This document shows, in pieces, positions 1-5,257 of a stretch of 6,255 bases of DNA. The notes beneath the pieces were generated by a model. That model was not told the origin of the DNA. It ran no database searches and saw only the letters and a program-made list of their open reading frames with translations. Source of the DNA: a virus (Duplodnaviria; Heunggongvirae; Uroviricota; Caudoviricetes); the IMG/VR virus record IMGVR_UViG_2728369593_000012, positions 1 to 6,255 of that record; one strand, given 5' to 3'. A program made the position numbers and the translations under genes. The first letter of the stretch is position 1; the number at the start of each line of letters is the position of its first letter.

Positions 1-8
1 GAATAGTC

Positions 9-200
9 ATGACCAAAGAAGAAAAAATTCTTTATTTATTCCAACTATCGGTTAAGACTCACACTGCATATCAGACTGCTGCCATGACATCAGATAAAAA
101 TTACAGTACGTCAGAAAACCCGATAGACGACATAAGCAAGCTTTACGATAAGTTCGAAGCACTACTCGATAAAAAGTTTGCTGAGGCTGGGCTTGAGTGA
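9..200 (+). CDS. Hypothetical small protein (63 aa as given). The reading frame is open back to the window edge, so the gene may be 5'-truncated here.
   Basis: ORF in the track; no obvious Shine-Dalgarno before the ATG at 9; no in-frame stop between position 1 and 9. Lies in an AT-rich segment (18 G+C in the first 60 nt by direct count). No recognisable motif. Confidence 0.3.
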   Translation: MTKEEKILYLFQLSVKTHTAYQTAAMTSDKNYSTSENPIDDISKLYDKFEALLDKKFAEAGLE

Positions 201-426
201 TTGTTGAATAATCGACAAAACCCAACTTAAATTTTCGTCAGTGGGCTCGATGCCATGTGCGGTGAGCTCACTTTTCAAAACTCCAAGCAATTCAGAGCTG
301 ATTTTCAATATATCTGCTTGATTTCTAACTATTCCCACTTTTCCTCTCTTGGTCTACGCGCGGTCATGTTTTACGCCCAAACGACTTCACAGTTATTGTT
401 TAAAATCTGGACTTTCATTTTGTTCT

Positions 427-648
427 TTAACCTCCAGATTTCCGCGCATCTAAAGGCGCATTCTCATTTGGTGTGAACTGAATAGTTGTGCTGATATTGA
501 TTAATGCCCCGACACACAAGACTACGCACTCAGAGCAGATAGCAACTTCATCTTTTCCGCCTTTGGCGATGATTTTTTTTGCCTGCAGCTCGTTTGCGCC
601 ACAAAACGAGCATGTGAAATAACGGTTCATTTGCGCTCTCTTACACAT
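427..648 (-). CDS. ClpX-type C4 zinc-finger (ClpX N-terminal zinc-binding domain-like) small protein
   Basis: Translation contains FTCSFCG...KKIIAKG...VAICSECVVLC, which aligns by eye with the E. coli ClpX N-terminus (LLYCSFCGK...KLIAG...VYICDECVDLC): two CxxC pairs with conserved spacing. An alternative start at the second Met (ATG ending at 630, MNRYFTCSFCG) is preceded by a weak GAGAG SD-like motif; the ATG at 648 has none. First gene downstream of the putative leftward promoter. Confidence 0.6.
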   Translation of the reverse strand: MCKRAQMNRYFTCSFCGANELQAKKIIAKGGKDEVAICSECVVLCVGALINISTTIQFTPNENAPLDARKSGG

Positions 649-801
649 AGTATTTAACGAATCATCCGGTCATTCATACGCCACCGGCGGCTACTTCGTG
701 GGCGTCCTGCCTGTTCGTTTTTGACATTTACTGACTGCTTACGACACATGCACCGTGTTGCAACCAGATTTTGTTGTAATCCTGTAGTTGGTCTGGAACA
801 A

Positions 802-859
802 AAGATAAAATTAAATTGCGAGATATGCAAGTGATATTTGCGGGATATGCAAATTGATA
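802..859 (-). promoter_or_regulatory. OL-like operator pair with putative leftward pL-type promoter
   Basis: Two tandem 15-bp sites, TTGCGAGATATGCAA (816-830) and TTGCGGGATATGCAA (838-852), inside a ~21-bp direct repeat; same TTGC-N7-GCAA dyad as the cI/cro intergenic site at 1619-1633. On the minus strand a -35 TTGCAT (830-825), 17-bp spacer and -10 TATCTT (807-802) can be drawn; the promoter assignment is tentative. Confidence 0.4.
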
Positions 860-862
860 GGT

Positions 863-886
863 AATAAAAAGCCACCTTTCGGTGGC
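863..886 (-). terminator. Rho-independent terminator downstream of cI
   Basis: Plus strand aaaaaGCCACCtttcGGTGGC (866-886); on the minus strand this reads GCCACC-GAAA-GGTGGC followed by TTTTT, 20 nt after the cI stop codon (906-908). Confidence 0.55.
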
Positions 887-905
887 CGATGGAAGGATAT
901 TGAGG

Positions 906-1598
906 TTAATTATGTCTCTTAAGGGTTTGCGACTGACTGATTAAGACCTTTCCAAAGACCATGAATCGGTGTTCGTTTTCGCTAGTAATTCCCCATTCAC
1001 GGTAAATCTGGTTATCAGAAATCACCAGCAGTTTGTCAGGAATCATTTGAAGTCTTTTAACGTATATTTTGTCATCAAAACCAAAGACATATATACCATC
1101 ACCATCAAACTGATTGATGCTGACATCAACGAAGATGAGATCTCCTGGCTCAATGGTTGGACACATACTGTCCCCACGAACGTTGATAACTTTGATGTGA
1201 TTGGCTGGTCGTCCGCCGAACATTGATACAGCATTATCAGTTCTGTATTCGATGGCATGAATCACATCAATGACATCACCGCCCTGGATAAGGCCATTTC
1301 CCGCACTGGCACTGATATCCAGCATTTCAATACGGAACACATCCTTCACCTGCGCAACATCCTCATCATTACTGTTTTTATATACAGTATTACTTTTGTG
1401 GGCAGAGGTAAAGAGATCAGCAATATCAACACCTAAGCTCTTGGCAATATTACTCAGTGTTTGTTCGGTAAATTGTTTTTGCTTACCCGTTTCTAAGCGC
1501 GAGATGTTCGCCGCATCTACTCCTATTGCTTCAGCGAGATCGGCGATTTTCATGTTCTTCGCTTGGCGAAGTTGTCTGACTCGGTTTCCTATGTTCAT
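906..1598 (-). CDS. cI: CI-type phage repressor (N-terminal XRE-family HTH, C-terminal S24 LexA-like autopeptidase domain)
   Basis: 230 aa. N-terminus has an HTH pattern (KIADLAEAIGVDAANISRLETG). C-terminus has the S24 signature GDSM (Ser144) and KRL (Lys181), and a candidate Ala-Gly cleavage site at SASA-GNG (A99-G100). Divergent from a cro-like gene, typical of lambdoid immunity regions. Confidence 0.9.
   Translation of the reverse strand: MNIGNRVRQLRQAKNMKIADLAEAIGVDAANISRLETGKQKQFTEQTLSNIAKSLGVDIADLFTSAHKSNTVYKNSNDEDVAQVKDVFRIEMLDISASAGNGLIQGGDVIDVIHAIEYRTDNAVSMFGGRPANHIKVINVRGDSMCPTIEPGDLIFVDVSINQFDGDGIYVFGFDDKIYVKRLQMIPDKLLVISDNQIYREWGITSENEHRFMVFGKVLISQSQTLKRHN
1370..1389. promoter_or_regulatory. 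Near-consensus SOS (LexA) box inside the cI coding sequence
   Basis: TACTGTTTTTATATACAGTA: perfect CTGT-N8-ACAG core with TA flanks and an AT-only spacer, matching the E. coli LexA box consensus TACTG(TA)5CAGTA at all conserved positions. Lies in codons 70-77 (linker) of cI. Only such site in the window. Confidence 0.5.
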
Positions 1599-1695
1599 GC
1601 GTTTATTACATTTCTTTATTGCGTGATAAGCAAATCAACTTGCGCAAAATAATTGCGTGAAATAACATGCATAACGCGCAATATTTGGAGGGCGT
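1599..1695. promoter_or_regulatory. Divergent cI/cro operator-promoter region (OR-like, with pRM-like and pR-like promoters)
   Basis: 97-bp intergenic region between divergent cI and cro. Operator-like dyads: TTGCGTGATAAGCAA (1619-1633) and, in reverse orientation, ATGCATAACGCGCAA (1667-1681); further TTGCG/CGCAA half-sites at 1640-1647 and 1653-1660. Candidate leftward promoter: -35 TTGCTT (1633-1628) and -10 TGTAAT (1610-1605) on the minus strand. Candidate rightward promoter: -35 TTGCGC (1640-1645) and -10 TAACAT (1663-1668). Confidence 0.6.
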
Positions 1696-1956
1696 ATGCA
1701 ATCACCATTACGAAATGTGCGTAAGGCGCATGGTTTCACTTTGCAGCATGTTGCTGCGGGTGTTCAAGTCAATCCAGCGACGTTGAGTCGTATTGAGAGG
1801 CTGGAGCAGATTCCATCTATCGAGCTTGCAGAACGTTTAGCCAATTTTTTTAAGGGTGAAGTCAGCGAAATGCAGATTCTTTATCCGGCACGTTTTCAAT
1901 CTAGCCAAAACCAGAATGGGTTTAAACCACAGGAACAGGAGGTGAACCGTGGGTAA
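1696..1956 (+). CDS. cro: Cro-like XRE-family HTH transcriptional regulator
   Basis: 86 aa; ATG preceded by GGAGG (1687-1691). HTH pattern FTLQHVAAGVQVNPATLSRIE. Divergent from cI. 3' end overlaps the next gene by 8 nt. Confidence 0.75.
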   Translation: MQSPLRNVRKAHGFTLQHVAAGVQVNPATLSRIERLEQIPSIELAERLANFFKGEVSEMQILYPARFQSSQNQNGFKPQEQEVNRG

Positions 1957-2500
1957 GCATCACTGGAAAGTAGAAAAACAGCCTGAGTGGTACGTGAAAG
2001 CTGTCAGAAAAACTATCGCAGCGTTGCCGGGGGGGTACGCTGAAGCTGCTGACTGGCTGGATGTAACAGAGCACGCATTATTTAACCGCCTTCGTGCCGA
2101 TGGCGATCAGATTTTCCCGCTGGGATGGGCAATGATTTTGCAACGTGCTGGTGGAACTCACTTCATTGCTGACGCTGTGGCGCAGTCTGCAAATGGCGTC
2201 TTTGTGTCTCTTCCTGATGTCGAGGATGTGGACAACGCCGATATCAACCAACGCCTGCTGGAAGTCATTGAACAGATCGGCAGTTATTCAAAACAGATTC
2301 GTTCAGCAATCGAAGACGGTGTAGTGGAACCGCATGAGAAGACAGCAATTAACGATGAGCTGTACCTCTCAATTTCGAAGCTGCAGGAGCATGCAGCTCT
2401 GGTCTACAAAATCTTTTGCGTTTCAGAAAGTAGTGACGCCCGCGAGTGTGCAGCTCCGGGCGCCGTGGCGTGTCGTGACTGTGGAGAAACTAACGCATGA
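1949..2500 (+). CDS. CII-like / YdaT-like phage regulatory protein (lysis-lysogeny regulator analogue)
   Basis: 183 aa; GTG start at 1949 preceded by AGGAGG (1937-1942); an in-frame TGA at 1943-1945 prevents upstream extension. Positioned immediately after cro, as in cI-cro-cII (lambda) and racR-ydaS-ydaT (Rac/CP-933P) modules. Family assignment is from recollection of YdaT/CII-like proteins, not a search. Confidence 0.55.
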   Translation: MGKHHWKVEKQPEWYVKAVRKTIAALPGGYAEAADWLDVTEHALFNRLRADGDQIFPLGWAMILQRAGGTHFIADAVAQSANGVFVSLPDVEDVDNADINQRLLEVIEQIGSYSKQIRSAIEDGVVEPHEKTAINDELYLSISKLQEHAALVYKIFCVSESSDARECAAPGAVACRDCGETNA

Positions 2501-2658
2501 ACAGTTTAACAACACACTACCGTCGCTCGCAACTGATTGCGCTTCCTGTACCGGGTGGAAAAGCGAAGGTGGAGTATTGCTATGCAGTAAATGTACCAGG
2601 TGACAGGGAAATTGTAACCCACAGCTTTGTCAGAGTGGGCGTGTGGGTGGATTTCTAA
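2497..2658 (+). CDS. Hypothetical small protein (53 aa), not in the supplied ORF track
   Basis: ATG at 2497 overlaps the upstream TGA stop (ATGA, 2497-2500), suggesting translational coupling; GGAG at 2483-2486. Translation [53 protein letters not shown]; stop TAA at 2656-2658. Confidence 0.35.
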   Translation: MNSLTTHYRRSQLIALPVPGGKAKVEYCYAVNVPGDREIVTHSFVRVGVWVDF

Positions 2659-2679
2659 CCGGCAGAAGGAGACAGTCCT

Positions 2680-2859
2680 TTGCGACAAGTTAACCGCTGG
2701 TTCAAAGATCACTACGGAGTGCCCGTCAGAGTCATTCGTTGGGAGCCGGAAACACAACGTGTTATCTACCTCCGCGAAGGCTATGAGCATGAGTGCTTCA
2801 GCCCGCTCGAACAGTTTCGTCGTAAATTCAGGGAAATAGAGGTCGGTCATGAGCACTAA
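2680..2859 (+). CDS. Hypothetical small protein (59 aa), TTG start, not in the supplied ORF track
   Basis: Strong SD AAGGAG (2666-2671) 8 nt upstream of TTG at 2680. Translation (M)[58 protein letters not shown]; stop TAA at 2857-2859, overlapping the start of the replication gene by 11 nt. Same frame as 2497..2658, separated by a single TAA. Confidence 0.35.
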   Translation: MRQVNRWFKDHYGVPVRVIRWEPETQRVIYLREGYEHECFSPLEQFRRKFREIEVGHEH

Positions 2860-3790
2860 ATTAACCGGCTATGTATGGGATGGTTGCGCTGCATCAGGCA
2901 TGAAATTATCCAGCGTGGCAATTATGGCCCGCCTGGCTGATTTCAGTAATGACGAAGGTGTGTGCTGGCCATCAATTGAAACCATTGCCCGCCAGATTGG
3001 CGCGGGAATGAGTACCGTCAGAACGGCTATCGCACGGCTGGAAGCAGAAGGCTGGTTAACGCGTAAGGCGCGTCGCCAGGGTAACCGCAATGCGTCGAAT
3101 GTTTATCAGCTTAACGTTGCGAAGCTTCAGGCAGCGGCATTTTCTCAACTGTCAGATTCTGACCCGTCAAAATCTGACGCATCAAAATCTGACCCGTCAA
3201 AATTTGATGCGTCGAAATCTGGCAAAAAAGCGGGTTTTCACCCGTCAGAATCTGGCGGGGATCCGTCAGTAAAATCAAAACATGATCCGTCAGATAAAAA
3301 AACTTCTCGTCCGGACGCTTCGCAACCGGACACGCAGACGGCTGAACAGGAGTTTTTAACTCGCGATCCTGATGCGGTTGTATTCAGCCCTAAAAAGCGC
3401 CAGTGGGGAACGCAGGATGATTTGACCTGCGCACAGTGGCTCTGGAAAAAAATCATCGCCCTGTACGAGCAGGCCGCCGAATGTGACGGCGAGGTGGTTC
3501 GTCCCAAAGAACCGAACTGGACAGCCTGGGCAAACGAAATTCGCCTGATGTGTGTGCAGGATGGTCGTACTCATAAACAAATCTGCGAGATGTACAGCCG
3601 CGTCAGTCGCGATCCGTTCTGGTGCCGTAACGTGCTCAGCCCGTCGAAGCTGCGGGAAAAATGGGATGAGCTTTCCCTGCGCTTATCGCCGTCCGTCAGC
3701 ACGTACACCGAAAAACGCGAAGACCCGTACTTCAAAGCCAGTTACGACAACGTGGACTACAGCCAGATCCCGGCAGGATTCAGGGGGTGA
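2849..3790 (+). CDS. Phage replication initiation protein (N-terminal winged-helix DNA-binding domain; O-like / DnaT-like C-terminal region)
   Basis: 313 aa; ATG with GAGG 5 nt upstream. N-terminal pattern ARLADFSNDEGVCWPSIETIARQIGAGMSTVRTAIARLEAEGWL is typical of phage replication-initiator HTH domains. Low-complexity linker encoded by the iteron array. Occupies the O-gene position after cII. The C-terminal homology is recalled, not searched. Confidence 0.65.
   Translation: MSTKLTGYVWDGCAASGMKLSSVAIMARLADFSNDEGVCWPSIETIARQIGAGMSTVRTAIARLEAEGWLTRKARRQGNRNASNVYQLNVAKLQAAAFSQLSDSDPSKSDASKSDPSKFDASKSGKKAGFHPSESGGDPSVKSKHDPSDKKTSRPDASQPDTQTAEQEFLTRDPDAVVFSPKKRQWGTQDDLTCAQWLWKKIIALYEQAAECDGEVVRPKEPNWTAWANEIRLMCVQDGRTHKQICEMYSRVSRDPFWCRNVLSPSKLREKWDELSLRLSPSVSTYTEKREDPYFKASYDNVDYSQIPAGFRG
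3151..3300. repeat. Iteron array (putative phage replication origin) inside the replication initiator gene
   Basis: Four tandem 15-bp units at 3158-3217 (TCTGACCCGTCAAAA / TCTGACGCATCAAAA / TCTGACCCGTCAAAA / TTTGATGCGTCGAAA), plus further CCGTCAG copies at 3241-3249, 3262-3269 and 3286-3293 in both orientations. Internal dyads GTCAGAtTCTGAC (3151-3163) and CGTCAaaatcTGACG. Followed by an A-rich stretch (3271-3303). Mirrors the lambda ori-within-O arrangement. Confidence 0.5.
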
Positions 3791-3792
3791 GC

Positions 3793-4281
3793 ATGAGTCT
3801 TTTGAATGACGTTCAGAAATTCATTGAAGCCCATCCGGGCTGTACTTCCGGAGATATTGCGGATGCTTTTGCCGGTTACTCACGGCAGCGCGTTCTGCAG
3901 TCAGCAAGCAAGTTACGTCAGAGTGGGCGTGTGGCTCACCGTTGTGAAGGAGATACACGCAGACATTTCCCGCGCCTGACTGAGAGAGCGCAGGAACCGG
4001 AACCACAACCAGTTCGTGAAACCAGACCTGTGCGCAATTTCTATGTCGGCACTAACGATCCCCGTGTGATTTTGTGCCTGACCCGCCAGGCGGAAGAACT
4101 GGAGTCCAGAGGCTTATACCGTCGTGCTGCAACCGTGTGGATGGCGGCATTCCGTGAAAGCCACTCCCAGCCAGAACGAAACAATTTTCTGGCGCGTCGT
4201 GAGCGGTGCTTACGGAAAAGCAGCAAGCGCGCTGCATCGGGTGAAGAGTGGTATCTGTCAGGGAATTACGTGGGGGCTTAA
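3793..4281 (+). CDS. PerC-family transcriptional regulator-like protein with N-terminal extension
   Basis: C-terminal segment AEELESRGLYRRAATVWMAAF...RRERCLRKS matches the PerC/Pch signature (GLWRRAA..RW...RR..CL) from memory. The ATG at 3793 has GGGGG 5 nt upstream (the ORF track uses GTG at 3787). Stop TAA (4279-4281) overlaps the next ATG. Confidence 0.55.
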   Translation: MSLLNDVQKFIEAHPGCTSGDIADAFAGYSRQRVLQSASKLRQSGRVAHRCEGDTRRHFPRLTERAQEPEPQPVRETRPVRNFYVGTNDPRVILCLTRQAEELESRGLYRRAATVWMAAFRESHSQPERNNFLARRERCLRKSSKRAASGEEWYLSGNYVGA

Positions 4282-4934
4282 TGAGTAATAAATATTGCCA
4301 GGCGCTGGTGGAACTGCGGAACAAACCAGCCCATGAACTGAAGGAAGTGGGCGATCAGTGGCGCACGCCGGACAACATTTTCTGGGGAATTAACACCCTG
4401 TTTGGCCCGTTTGTTCTGGATCTGTTCACTGACGGTGATAACGCCAAATGTGCCGCGTATTACACGGCGGAAGACAACGCGCTGGCGCATGACTGGTCAG
4501 AACGTCTTGCGGAGCTTAAAGGTGCTGCCTTTGGTAATCCCCCATACAGCCGCGCCAGTCAGCATGAGGGGCAATACATCACCGGCATGCGTTACATCAT
4601 GAAACATGCCAGTGCCATGCGTGATAAGGGCGGGCGCTATGTTTTCCTGATCAAAGCTGCCACCAGCGAAGTGTGGTGGCCGGAAGATGCAGATCATATT
4701 GCTTTTATTCGCGGGCGTATTGGTTTTGAACTGCCTGTCTGGTTTATCCCGAAAGACGAGAAGCAGGTACCGACAGGAGCTTTTTTCGCTGGTGCTATTG
4801 CTGTTTTTGACAAGACCTGGAAGGGACCGGCAATCAGCTACATCGGGCGCGATGAACTTGAGGCATGTGGTGAGGCGTTTCTGGCGCAGGTTCGCCAGCA
4901 GGCGGAAAAACTGGTCAGGGAGATGGCGGCATGA
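4281..4934 (+). CDS. Phage-type DNA N6-adenine methyltransferase (Dam-like, orphan)
   Basis: NPPY motif (GNPPYS), the catalytic (D/N)PPY signature of N6-adenine methyltransferases; size and gene context fit the phage Dam family. Start at ATG 4281 (TAATG overlap with the upstream gene); the ORF track's longer form begins at GTG 4248. No restriction endonuclease gene adjacent. Confidence 0.75.
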   Translation: MSNKYCQALVELRNKPAHELKEVGDQWRTPDNIFWGINTLFGPFVLDLFTDGDNAKCAAYYTAEDNALAHDWSERLAELKGAAFGNPPYSRASQHEGQYITGMRYIMKHASAMRDKGGRYVFLIKAATSEVWWPEDADHIAFIRGRIGFELPVWFIPKDEKQVPTGAFFAGAIAVFDKTWKGPAISYIGRDELEACGEAFLAQVRQQAEKLVREMAA

Positions 4935-5257
4935 CGACGTTAACTCAATGCCAGCAGCAGGTGCTGGATATGCTGATTTCTTATCAGAAAGAACGTGGCT
5001 TCCCGCCAACCAATCAGGAGGTGGCAACCATGCTGGGATACCGTTCGGTGAATGCAGCGGTGGAGCATCTTCGCGCACTGGAGAAAAAAGGCGTCATCAC
5101 GATAAAGCGTGGCGTGGCCCGGGGGATCACGCTTCATACCGCAGTGAAGGACGACGACAGCGAAGCGGTCGGGATCATCCGCGCACTGCTTGCCGGTGAG
5201 GAAAACGCAAGGCTGCGTGCAACCCACTGGTTACATGAGAGAGGCCTGAAAGTATGA
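4931..5257 (+). CDS. LexA N-terminal DNA-binding-domain-only protein (LexA-like winged HTH; no S24 peptidase domain)
   Basis: 108 aa. LTQCQQQVLDMLISYQKERGFPPTNQEVATMLGYRSVNAAVEHLRALEKKGVITIKRGVARGITL aligns by eye along its length with E. coli LexA residues ~4-70 ([65 protein letters not shown]), including the recognition helix. ATGA overlaps at both ends (4931-4934 and 5254-5257). Confidence 0.75.
   Translation: MTTLTQCQQQVLDMLISYQKERGFPPTNQEVATMLGYRSVNAAVEHLRALEKKGVITIKRGVARGITLHTAVKDDDSEAVGIIRALLAGEENARLRATHWLHERGLKV

Noticed and set aside
200-426. Searched for a tRNA or small minus-strand gene downstream of the ClpX-zinc-finger gene
   Set aside because: Only very short minus-strand ORFs (under 25 codons) and no cloverleaf-like structure were found.
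255-476. 73-aa plus-strand ORF in the AT-rich region
   Set aside because: No ribosome-binding site, low-complexity hydrophobic translation, and it overlaps the 3' end of the better-supported minus-strand ClpX-zinc-finger gene; likely a chance ORF.
649-800. Possible nutL-like boxA/boxB antitermination site in the leftward leader
   Set aside because: No clean boxA (CGCTCTTA-like) plus boxB hairpin could be identified by eye, and no N-like antiterminator gene is visible in the window.
654-875. 73-aa minus-strand ORF
   Set aside because: Spans the cI terminator hairpin and the OL-like operator repeats; Cys/Arg-rich translation with no motif. More parsimonious as a regulatory region.
969-1626. 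ORFs 969..1226 (+), 1043..1258 (-) and 1270..1626 (+) overlapping cI
   Set aside because: Antisense or alternate-frame ORFs entirely within the strongly supported CI repressor gene; no start signals or motifs.
2334-2603. Alternate-frame ORF with a Cys-rich [19 protein letters not shown] tail
   Set aside because: Mostly embedded in the cII-like gene in another frame, with no start codon downstream of the cII-like stop; the ATGA-coupled frame at 2497 is the better gene model. The CxxC...CxxC pattern is noted but unsupported.
2506-2856. 116-aa minus-strand ORF and 70-aa plus-strand ORF (2627..2839) between the cII-like and replication genes
   Set aside because: The minus-strand ORF opposes the operon direction and overlaps both the cII-like gene end and the SD-supported small plus-strand ORFs. 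The 2627..2839 ORF lacks an RBS and is in a different frame from the TTG/AAGGAG-supported ORF.
3158-3217. Tandem 15-bp repeats considered as a CRISPR-like or minisatellite array
   Set aside because: The repeats are contiguous with no spacers, are in frame within a coding sequence, and sit in a replication-initiator gene; iterons are the better explanation.
2869-3809. Alternate-frame and antisense ORFs within the replication gene (2869..3090 -, 3090..3272 +, 3238..3507 -, 3356..3580 -, 3552..3809 +)
   Set aside because: All lie inside the well-supported replication initiator gene; the 3090..3272 ORF's repetitive LTRQNLT translation is just the iteron array read in another frame.
4304-4311. 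Chi octamer GCTGGTGG on the plus strand
   Set aside because: A single 8-mer occurrence in about 6 kb is compatible with chance; no clustering or orientation bias can be assessed in this window.
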